Assembly: GCA_017499595.2 (NCBI GenBank)
Contig: CM039001.1
Span: forward strand, 3,658,001 to 3,722,000
Length of the DNA stretch: 64,000 nt
Source of the DNA: Psilocybe cubensis
Taxonomy: Eukaryota
Direction of reading: 5' to 3'
The notes under the pieces are model-generated. The model had not been told where the DNA came from. It did not search any database and worked only from the letters and a program-made list of their open reading frames with translations. A program made the translations under genes and the position numbers. Positions 24,742 to 36,500 of the stretch are shown here, piece by piece (position 1 is the first letter of the stretch; the number at the start of each line of letters is the position of its first letter).

Positions 24742-26639
24742 ATACGATACGAACGAAACTTGCCAGTGACAATCACAAGACAATCTATCATGTTGTTTTT
24801 CATCTGAATTCGGCTTACAAGCCATGTCGAATTGGAAAGAAATTTGGGAATCTATAGGTCTTGTGGTCGTAACTAAATCCAGTCGACTGTTCAGCGACTC
24901 CACACCTATTCCTATGTTCACCAGGTGATACATATTCTCGGTTCAGTGTTGAATCCCCTTATAATTGGTGTAATCTGAGCTGCAGATGATCGATATAATG
25001 AATAGGGCTTTGAAAATTTTTGGTTTCCAGAAATAACAGGTTATTAACAGATTATTATACAGAAATAGTCGGAATACCAATCAGAACTGTATTAACCTCG
25101 TCTGACTTCCGGTTCCGATTCTAATACGATGGGCCTGTGCCAGGCAACCTTTGTGTCATCTATCAGTAGGTAGAATAGCTTGTCAGTGATAATAGTACAT
25201 CATGATAACAAAGTACCTCGATTCTGCATTCGACAATAACTCTACCCAAAATACAGTAGCACAGAGCATTGCTCTTAGAAACCAGGATGAAATAATCTTT
25301 AGCAATGGACAACGTACGCACTTATTTGAGAGCATAACATTGGACCGTGATGCCGCTGCTGCGTGTGCTACGGCAGTAGACTCAGAGGCATCTATCGACA
25401 TCTTAGACAACTGGATTGGCATCGGTCGTGCCTACCGGATGAGGATAAGGAGCCAATAGATTTCTGAGTAGCAAATCTGCAGTTTGGCCGGCTATTACTC
25501 CCCAAATACCACTGAGAACATAGAATTTTGGTCGCCTGGAATTGTTCGGAGTCGAGCAAGATAAACGTGTAAGCTATACAGATATATTTCTGCAAGGCTC
25601 TTCTTGGAAGCAATCCTCAATGACATTACGGCATTTCCCTCCTTACCCCAATTATATCGTTCTGAGATTACCCAGAAGAGGCTATTGACAAAGGTAAAAA
25701 TTGGTTTTGCCTTGAATGGGCAGATGATGTGTTCGGCGATGATTGCATCCGAAGTTGGATGTCTTGTTCCACAGTTCAGTATCGACCAGGAGAAACTCGA
25801 GCGAAAGTAGGTCTTTGGACGACTGGATTTGTTCCTTAGCATCGACCTGGAAAAACTTGAAGTATGTTGGCTGGTGTTGACTGAAAGTGGATTTCTGTAG
25901 TCGCGAGCCCAACGGCCTGAGGGGTACGTAGACAGTTGAACGCTCAGTAACTATCAGTAAGTCCACTTGCTGTTTTGCCTACTTCACCTTCGGAGAACGG
26001 TGCGTCGATCCGTTCGTACTGATTTGAACACCGAGGTCAGCTCAACGCGTTAGTTGAAATGAAATCTTGATGAAAATTTGTGTATGTGGACACCACTCCT
26101 ATCATCGCATCGGATGACCCGCAAAAAGAATGGAAGTTCATGTAAAGCTTTAGAGAACGTGGAGCCAGTGTTGAAGGTGAACAAAGCAAATTTTGAGGTC
26201 GGCGCCGACATGGATGGCAACACGAATGATGGAACCCCGAGCGCGTCGAGCTCGTCGATGATCACGTCGTTTAGGGCCGGTTTACTCGTGTTGACCACTT
26301 GACCTCGGCTATTAATACACCCGCAGCGGAACGACCACCGCACAGTCCGAGATTGCAAACTTTTCACTTGAATGGAAACGAAATTTACATGGTATTCTCC
26401 TATGACGTTTGAAGCACTTTTAATATTCTAATTTTAACGCTGGTATCGAAATAGGTCTCCCAATTAACGCCAGGCATCGGAAACAATTGTCGACTACTGA
26501 CCGGTGCATTGCAACTTGGCACGAAGATACTAGTATTTTGCTGATGTATATATGAAGGTACAGTTCGACGCAATTCAGCATCGCAAGTTGTTCTTACCTG
26601 CATCTTCATAACTCAAGGAATACCGCAAACACAAGCACA

Positions 26640-27985
26640 ATGCTAGTCGACTCGTTCATTCTTCCCCCGTCGTTCGACTACCCTTTGTTCATTGCTGCCA
26701 AACGTTACCGTTTGCCAGGTTTTGCACAAATCGAGGCAAACCCTTTGGCACAGACCCTCGTCGTTCTTCACTCGACGAGCTTCCACAAAGAAACTTGGGA
26801 GCCGGCCTTGGAAGACCTGTTCAGGTATGCCTCGCAGCCAGGAAGCACCGTCCTCATCCGCGAGGTCTGGGCAATCGACTGCCCAAACCATGGAGAATCC
26901 GGACATCTGAACTATCAAACACTCAAGGACCATCCTGATTATACGAACTGTTCGTGTTTCCTTCCATTTATCCCAGATTGGATCAAGGAACTAACAATAT
27001 TCAAAGTCTCTTGCGAGAAGTATGCCCAAGCAGTTCATCGTTTTTTGTCCGCGGGTCCTACCCTCGAAGCTCGCGTAGACTTCACGCAAAGGAACCTGAC
27101 TGGAATAGGCCATTCCCTCGGAGCAAATGCCATGTATGTTGTTTTGTTTGCAATGCATCCTTTGTATAACGACTCCAAATGGCTTTCAGGTTGCTGCTCC
27201 ATCATATCATGCCGGTGTTCCGATTCTCCAAGCTCGTCATCATAGAACCACTCGTTAGTCCCCTTGGGTCGATGCACCTTGCCTCACTTGCGCAGAAGCT
27301 TGTCAATAGGGCAAGCCGACGACGTGAGTGCTGGACAAGCCGCGAAGAGATCAAACGGTCTTTCCTTGTTCAAGGCAATAGCTCTGCTCAATGGGACATG
27401 CGCGTTCTGGACTCCTTCGTCGTAAGTCAATTTGACTTCCTGTACACGTCCTAATGACCAATGAATATACTTTCACAGACACACGCTTTTCATCGGAATC
27501 CTTACGATAACCTCCTTCACCAAAGTTGCACTATTCCGCAAGAAATTGTCAGTATACATGTGCTTCAATTCACTTTACGCTAACCTAATTAATATTTTAA
27601 GAGTATGTACCTTGACGAAGCAGGAGGCGTGGCACCATTGATCGACCTCGACCGGATCTGTCATTCTATTCCTGTTCACCTTATCCTGGGAGCCATTCCC
27701 GATTTTATGTGCTTCCTTTCTTCTAGGCTCACTTTCAAGGCAGCTTATATTTCTTTTTTTTCAAGACCTACATACTTGCATAAAGCATTAATCGACCCTG
27801 CGTCTGGCCGACGCTTCGCCTCCATTATAACCATGGAAAACGTTGGACATTTGGTAATTCTTAGTTTCGTTTCGAGAGTAATACTTATACTCACAGGCTC
27901 TTTATAGATACCTCAAAAGGCACCTACTACATTGGCCTTGCATATCTTTAATGCGATATCCACTTATATTCCTTCTAGAATGTAA
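26640..27985 (+). CDS. Alpha/beta-hydrolase (Abhydrolase_6/Lpx1-like) with a C-terminal PTS1-like tripeptide SRM
   Basis: WAIDCPNHGES, GHSLG nucleophile motif and ENVGHL catalytic His; last exon IPQKAPTTLALHIFNAISTYIPSRM*. Confidence 0.85.
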
Positions 27986-28150
27986 AGAAGGTGGTTTTCC
28001 AAATCTAAATTGGTGCCTTGTTACAAGGTCGCTATGTACAAATTTACCATTTTATCAAATCTCGGTTCTGAACTACTTGTTATGGAAATATGTCATTTTT
28101 ATCCTTGTAAACGATTCCCATTCTGATTTTGTCCTTTCCGTAAATTGAGT

Positions 28151-30161
28151 TTAAGCACTGTCAATGGCAGGTGGGCTGGATTCGGCGACTTTGTGCTCAA
28201 TAAAGTTTTCTTCTATTTGTTTATATCCCGCCTTCACGACCTCCAGAAACTTCTCCTGTTTCACAAAAACTAGAAGAAAATGTTGGCAAACAGGTTCTTG
28301 AGGATCGTATTGGCCAGTAGACCGTGCACTATGAAAATCTGTAAAGATTGGTTAGGAAGAAATTGAATAATGCAATGTCACAAACACATCTACCATTCAA
28401 GTTGTCCCGGCTGTAGAATTTCAGTATATCCATTGGGTTTTGTTCCCCCATGCCAAAGTGTCTTGAAGAGAAATGAACAATGATGTCCGATGGTTGGAGG
28501 ACAGATGCAATTTCCTGATCCTTGGAATCCATCTTTTCTGAGCATAGGATGGTTGCCTCCGCAATTCTATCGGGAGTGACATAGGCTCGAATTCGTGGAA
28601 AGTCAGAGCACCGGATCATTCTTGAACCGGCCTTTCTGTAAAGATCCCTTGAGGTAATCCGTTCGAGAATTTTTCGAGACTCTGCCAATTCCTAAAATCA
28701 TAAGATGCCATATACTTCAATGAGAGCAGGACATGATACTCACTGGACAATCAGATTCTTTAATTTGTTTCATGATGTGGTCATCCAATGTGATGTATCG
28801 TTCAGGGTCATAGATAGCCTCTGAAAGCTTCATATAATTGTCCGCTGCGATGAAAGCATCCCCTATCATGTAACCAATGGCCGTGACTAAGACATTTCGG
28901 TCAGAAATACATATAAAGCTGCCTAATAGGTTGGTTTTAGTCGTACCTGTCTTGTGGTTGTATAGATTGTTGTGCAAGTAACGACGATGCAGGAAAAACG
29001 TTTCGACTGTTAGTATATCCTTGTCGATATAGCATATATGACCTGTTTGAGGATCCACCCTGGCGCCCGATAATAACCTGACCAGTTCGTAGTGATGAGG
29101 TGGGGTTGATGAGATCCGCAATGCAATACCATCGCACTGACCTATGCAGTGACATGAGTGAGACCATCATTCGCATATTGAGTACTGCAGTATCACGACA
29201 AAGATAATCAAGCCTTTGTAAAGATGATGATCCCGCAATTAATCAATGCGTACGAATTTAGAGCAACCACACTAGTGCAGAACTTACTTGTCGACGTCGA
29301 GACCATTCGTCTTATTTGCAATAATATCAAACAAAAACTTTTTTTCATGGGGTCTGAATAAGGAGGAAATTTCAGCAAGAATTAAGGTGTTCACACAGAG
29401 GTTGAACTGACGTTCGGGTATGGTCGCCTGCTATAAGAGCCTTGACGAAGTTTTGATCCTCCAGACTCATATTAATCTTGTTATTTTTAATGAGTGAATC
29501 GAACATCATCTCCGACCCTTCCTCATGGCACCATTTATGCGGCCCTAGGCTAGTAAAACATCAGACATTGGTTCTGATAACTAGGGAGAACAATTGAAGG
29601 CTCACACTCTGCTAATAAATAAATCATCCCAGACATGGCTAAATGGTCCATGTCCAAGATCATGGCAGAGCCCAGCAATCGCAACACATGCTATATCGCG
29701 CGAAGTGATTCCTAACTCTGGATGTCGGCGTTGTAGTTTGGTAACAAGTTTCCTCCCCAAATTTGAAACACCTTAACAAAAAGGTTGCATGAAATTCTAT
29801 CCTTGAGATGAGGTATAGGATTGTTGGCTTGCCTAACGAATGTCCAAACCGAGTGTGATTTGCATTGATCCATACATAAGTGGTGGCTCCAAGTTGTTTG
29901 ATTTCGCGTAATCGCTGAACTTGGGGACTTTCCCAAAGATAAATAACACAGAAAACTGTTGTTTATTCTAATGGAAACAGTACCTGTCAAGAAAAGGTAC
30001 CAAATAAGAAAATACTTTTACTAAAAACGTTGGTTAGCCGCAAATCACGACATGAGAAACGAAGAGGTTTGAAGTGCTAACTCGGTTTATCATACAGAGA
30101 ATCGTTGATCTCACGACAATGAATCGGATCATCATAGTCCCAGAGGCGCAGAAAGATTCAT
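28151..30161 (-). CDS. SAMHD1-like HD-domain dNTP triphosphohydrolase, diverged tandem paralog (one apparent +1 frameshift in exon 1)
   Basis: Spliced motifs [61 protein letters not shown] and LHNNLYNHK. Intron positions match the neighbouring copy; one intron uses a GC donor. Confidence 0.85.
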
Positions 30162-30894
30162 ATTGAAAGCTTTGCGTGTAATCCGTTCGTTTTCTGATGC
30201 TGATGCAGGGTGGACAAAGAATTGGACAAGTACGAATTCAAGGTGGTGGCTGGCTCGGGATTTTATGCTAAAAATGCCTAGGCCCAGCAGAAAACTGGTC
30301 ATAAACGGGCACCAACAACATTTTTATGGAATAGTCTTAGAAGAATCAATATTCAAAAAACGCCAGAATGGAGAGAAACTTAAAGTCAATGCAAAGAAGA
30401 TGTTTGAGCCGCAGTCGTGTGTAGAATGCAAACAAGTTTTCAATGTCCGCATGCTTCTGATCGGGAAAGTGCCAACGACACCACGACAAAGTCGCTGTCG
30501 GTGACTGTTCCAGCATCATCATGGTCTTGTAACCCAGAAATCCAGAAATTTTGAAGAGATCCCGATGACTTGAGAACAAGGTCGAAGGCAGGGGGCAAGA
30601 TACACGATGGAGGGTTATTACTACTATTGCTTTAAAAGTTGTAAAAATATGTACAGAGCTATGTAATGAAGGTATGGCAGTCATAATATGATACAGGATG
30701 GAAAGTATAAAAATGGGAATAGGTTGTGGTGTGTGTAACTAATCTAGAATGTCAAGATGCATATGAAAATGATGTAAAGTGTGCTAATGTTCTGTCTATA
30801 ATAAGGAAGGAAATGCGTAACAGAAAACGACTGTGTAGGTTGAGAGGCTGATATCATATATATGACAAGCGAGGAGTGTATGGAATATCAAGGC

Positions 30895-33149
30895 TTATGA
30901 TGCCTTTCGTTTCTTGTTGGCAGTGCTGGAATTGGTCAAAATCATATCCTCCCTTGATCGCTTACGTCCCTTGATTTTCTTGCTGTTCTGGGTTGGACTG
31001 GCAGGGGCAAAAGAAGGAGAGACCGTCGTAAAGTGATTATTTGAAAATGGAGTGGTTCCAGATCCGAAGGTGAAGCTTGAATTTCGAGACATGGGTTTTT
31101 GGTGTGGAGGGGGGCTTCAGTGATAGGTGGAGTGAGGGCTCTTGGGTCCGCGACAGCCAATATACCGGCCGACTGATTGAGTTGGGTACCCGAAGGACTA
31201 CTTGTAGCCTGAAGTTCGGCGAGTATAGCGCGATATCCGGCTTGGACGAGACCATAGAACTTTTGCTTCTTGGTGTAGACACGCAGGACGACTTCAGCGA
31301 AGACAGGTGGCATCAGGTTGGAATACACGCCGTTGTCCGCATTCATACACTCTAAAAAATGAAATATTATTGAAGACAGATGAGTAAGTAGACGGCATGT
31401 AGAACTTACCATTAAGCTTCCGCTTTGTGTAGAATTTGATAAAATCCATTGGGTTCTTCTCTTTCATCCCGTAATGCATCGCTGAGAAGTCGACGATAAC
31501 GTCTTCGGCTCTGAGGGCCTCGGCTTCTTCCAAACTGGATATCGTAGAAGAAGAGTCCGATCTCTCCAAGCCAGGCGCACCCGAGATTGACTGGTCAAGC
31601 ACCAACTTTCGAGCAGCTTCGACGATCCTTTCCGCAGTGACATGTTTCTTGAAGACATCGCGCATATGCCACTCAATCACTTTGAAATCCACGTTTCTGT
31701 AAAGTTCGCGACGCCGAATCCGTAGGAAAATCGCCTGTGCATCTTTGAGCCTCTAGAGTAAATGTTAGCCGAGGAGAACATTTTCAAAAAGAAAGCCTGA
31801 GACGAACTTCGTCAGTAGAGGCTTCAATGCGGGACATAATTTCGTCGGTGAGATAAATATATCTTTCGGCGTTGAAGACATCTTCTGCAAAGTGCAAAAC
31901 TTCATTGGCCAACAAAAGTGCATCGATGATCATATATTCGATGGCCTTTGCTATAAGCTAGAGTTAGATTGCTTGTGCTAGGGTTCATGTTGTTGAGAAT
32001 CACCTGATTTATGGTTGTAGACTGTTTTATGTAGTTTGAATCGATTGTAGCAGATTTCGTATATGTGATTGGCATTTTTAATCTCATACGTTATTTCATC
32101 CCCAATCACTCTCGCAGAATGGACGAGACTACGTCTGTTAATTAGGGGAACGGTATAACTGAAAAGAAGGAACTTACCGAACAAGAGAGAAAGAGATTGG
32201 ATCACCAATCATGTGGCTGTCACGCGTAATGTAGTCGAGTCTGAAAGAAATGAGTATATGTGCGCCGAAATATGAATGAGCTCACTTGTCAACATCAAGG
32301 CCATTCCGTTTGTTTGCAACAATGTCGAAGAGAAATGGCTTTTCAGACGGACTACAAATGATCAATGGGTATCCAATTTGTGAATACGACGACATACGTT
32401 CTAGAATGGTCTCCTGCAATCAATGCCTTCACAAAAGCCTGATCTTCGACGGGCATAGGGATCTCGTTTTTCTTTAATGAGAGCGTCAAACATCATTTCC
32501 GATCCTTCCTCATGCGTCCCACTCCTTTCCTTTCCTGAAAATAGTGTAAGGCATGTAGAAGCCAACAAAGGGTGTCTTGCTTACAAGGCGACCGGTATAA
32601 AACATCCCATCCCAGACGTGGCTCCAAGGACCATGACCAAGGTCGTGGCAAAGGCCAGCGATCTCGACGCAATCAACATCTCGATCCGTAATTTTCAGCT
32701 TCGGTTGATTGTTCTTCAGATGCGACGCCATCAGTCGGGCGAGATAAGCGACACCTTGAATAAGAATTAACTGAGGCAAATTGGCCGCGTATGAAACTAT
32801 GTTTCACCTATACAATGCTCGAATCGCGAGTGCGATGCCCCTGGCCAAACATAACTAGTTGTCCCGAGTTGTTTAATGCTCCGCAATCTCTGGAATTGCC
32901 TCCTGTACGTGTCGTTTGGTATGAATATAGTTTCCTGAGACGGAAAAGACGTACGTATCAATAAAACGCGACAAAGTTGGCGATATGGGTACTGAATGAA
33001 ATCAAAGTCAGTACTACACCGCTGTCAAAGAACTTCATCACCGTACTATGGTCGTGAATGGGATCCTTGATTAGGCGATCAATGTTAATCTCTTCGTCAT
33101 CAGAGTGGTCCGCCTCATCGTCGAATTCCGGAGAAGAGGACCTTGCCAT
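30895..33149 (-). CDS. SAMHD1: SAMHD1-like HD-domain dNTP triphosphohydrolase, conserved copy (five apparent +1 homopolymer insertions)
   Basis: [72 protein letters not shown] and [10 protein letters not shown]; basic C-terminal tail. Confidence 0.9.
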
Positions 33150-33561
33150 TGCCACAGTACTCCTGCGAGACAAAGGGGATAACGGAATGCTGGTGGTTTG
33201 TGAAAGAGGGCCTTAATCGGGAAATAATTTCTAAAAATAGGGGCTATTTGGCTTCGTCCCCTAATTAATACAAGTTTGCATTTTGTCATTGGATGAAGCT
33301 TCTAGTTAGATTTTTTATCTTTGGGAAGTCGTTGCAGTGGCCAATTTCATGTCTTAACCAGCTGATCCCTCTTTATACAAAAGTAAAACCTCTCAGCGTA
33401 ACTTTATATAGGTCAGTAAGTTTGAACATCCATTTACCGTTTTATCTGAATTCTTCTTGGTGTTTTTTACCTGCCTTCACCTCATTGCCGACAGTATTCG
33501 CTCATCTAAGCATTTGCCCCGCAACATACTTCATATTGCATTCGTTCGATAAAGAATCATA

Positions 33562-36500
33562 ATGCCCATCAAACGTTCCTCAAATGCCGACCACCCCAAC
33601 AAAAGACCTCGCGTCGAAAGCACACCAAAGTTCACAAATGTTTCTCAACTGCGTGCTGCTTTAAATGCAGATGCTCCTGAAGAGGTGACAGTTGGTTAGT
33701 GGATTATTATTGACATATGAAACTATTTCAATGTAATTCACAGCTCTCACATCTTTACGAAACCAGTTAACGATCAAACCTCAAGAGCCAACGATATTGC
33801 CTCAAGATGAGCGATTAGTTCTTGTGAGGGAATGGATGGAGACTTCGTCAGGAGCATACGATTTGCTCATGCTATGGGACAAAACGACTGTCGTATGTTC
33901 TCGTCAGTTTTCTTGAATCCGGTGTCTGACAGTTTCATAGCGTCAGGCGAACGTGATAGCCCTCATTGTATCAATCTTATCCTCCATCCTCACCCTTTTG
34001 TCTTCTCATTACAACAACCATGCTTTGGGACAACCTATCATGAAGTCGCTACTAACTCCCAGCCGCTTGCGACACCTCAATTCTTACATCGGAGGATCAA
34101 ACAACGAATTAGTGATTGTTACATTGAGGTTATTCAATGTTATGTCGTCTTTCGCCAGTGGTCGAGACAGAAAGTCAGTGCTGGAAGGTTTTGGATGGGA
34201 AATAAAGGTATTGCATATATCCTTCGACCATTTCAGTTACTTATCGGACTTCTTCTAGTCCCTCCCTAAATTGCTTAACATGCGAAGAAAAACTCACGGA
34301 GAATTAGACACTACTAACCCACTTTCAAGACCAGGTAGGCTTAAGATGCGTTCCTTTTTTAAGTTAACTAACGAGTAATCATTTTGCAGATATCCGAACA
34401 CTATATATCCAATTCTTACTCTCTTTTGTCGACGTCGACAATTCCTCTCAGACAAAATCGCTTTTTCTCGAGCAACATCGCGAAGCCTTTCTCGCTATAT
34501 TCAAAGGCATAGCACAGGATCATTATTCGTTCGCTAGACGTGTTCTAGAAGTTTGTTGGGCTGGAATATGGTCCGATTCCAAACTCAAGCGCACGCTGAA
34601 AGTGGGGTTATTCAACGAATCAACTCTTGGTCATGTGAGTTGGCACCGTTGTCGTTTTTAAACTACACCGGTTTACACTACCTCGATAGATCATAAAACT
34701 CTACGAACGTATTCTCCCAGAAGGAGACGATGAAGATCAAATTCCTGCCGATCTCGCCCACCATTTCCTTTTAGCCATTTGCACAAGACCTGGGACTGGC
34801 ATTTGTTTCAGAGACCGGGGATGGTATCCCAAAGAGTCTGATCCCAACGAAACTGTTTCGAAAGATGATGAAGATGGAAAACGAAAAAATTCAAAAATCT
34901 ACAATAAAATCCTGGCCAATCTTTTGAAAAGCCTTAAGGTGAACGAGGATTCAAGACAACAAGAGTTAGCTCTGAAAATTCTTTCTGCATGTCCGGAACT
35001 AGTCGCTGGGTGAGTTTGACACCTATCACTTTATTGACAGAGTATGTATTGACAATTTGTAAGATACTGGTCCGCAGCCGCACTGACACTGGAGCCACGT
35101 CTTGCTTCCAAGTGGATCACAAATATTGCAGTCTTTGGCAGCATCATTTCGCTACCTATCCCATCTTCAACCTTCTATCTGCCGAATACTCAACAATATC
35201 AGCCAACTCCACCACCCTTATCCATCATCATCGAAAGCATACTTCCTTCCGTGAACACTAAAAACAACTTTTCCAAGGGCCTGCAGTCACCCTCGGGCCT
35301 AGTTCAGCATTGTACTGCCTTGGCATTGACCAGATGCCTGGTGAAATATCAGACCGTGAAAGGCCATTTCAGAAAAATTGCCGCCGTGTTAGAGGAAGAT
35401 GAGGAAGAAGGGCAATGGTACAAACGTTGTCGGGACTTGGAAAGAGACGTTCGCCGTCGCGTTCCGGATTTCCAGGTTTTGGTAGCTTTTTCTCAACAAA
35501 AAGTGGACCCCAAAGTTCAAAGCAATCCAACCAAACTAGCTTTGTTGGCAGAAAGTGCTCAGAGATTACTTTGGCTATACCATCGTTGCTTACCTTCAGT
35601 TGTCGCTGAAGTTCGCTTTGACGTTGGAAAACTTTTACAGGCCTTCTCAACCGATGGCGATAAACCTGAATTAGCAGACGAACCCGAAGCATCGACCCGA
35701 CTTTACCGAATACAGCAACTACATACATTAAGTCTCCTCAAAAATAGTGACCAGTTCGTTTGGACTAGCAAAATCGGTAAGTGTCATACAGTTGTTACAA
35801 TGTTCGTAGCGTTTATTTATTTGCACCAGCACTGCTCTCGCAAACTCCATTCTATATCTTACTCTCCAGTTTATCTTCCTCGGGAATACCTGCTATCCGG
35901 ATAGCCATTACCTCCCTGCTTGAACACATTCTGTCTCAGAGCATCTTATTCCAGGAAGACTCTGACGAACCGGATTTATGGCTGAAGGCGTTGCCTGTGA
36001 AGGGTCCCACCCTTCTTGGGTCCGACGATTCCTTATTTCAAGGAGAGACAGAGGGTGTTATCACCTTCTTTGATGAATGTGTTCAGCGTTGCTTGAAAAC
36101 ACCTTATCGTTATGTTGAGGCACTACACACATTGATTCATCCTTCGAACACAACAGCTGGTCCTCCTGAACGGCTCGAGACCTACCCCAGTCCTCTGCTG
36201 ATGACTTTCGTGGAACAGTTGGACGCCAAAATCAACAACAAATCACTTCAGCCGTCTCAAATATTTGGTGTCGTGACGTTCCTTCGCAAGCTTGTTTTCA
36301 ACCTCACTAGCAAAACCACGGACCTGTACTTTTTGCGTCAGTTTGAATCCAAGCTTGAGACAGTTCTTCGCACGGATAGGCTTGAACCAATTCTTTCCAA
36401 GTCCTTATCTGTCATCGAAAGAGAAATGAGCATATTGCGTCAGAATTTATTATTCTCCTCATTTGCCCCACCCGTCCCCTCAGATCTCCAAACAAATGAC

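Noticed and set aside
24950-26400. Patchwork of 70-115 aa ORFs on both strands, possibly a small gene or pseudogene
   Set aside because: I could not assemble a consistent spliced ORF or recognise any family.
30895-33149. Programmed frameshifting or true pseudogenisation of the SAMHD1 copy
   Set aside because: Five independent +1 events, all in homopolymers and with otherwise intact conserved residues, are better explained by sequencing error.
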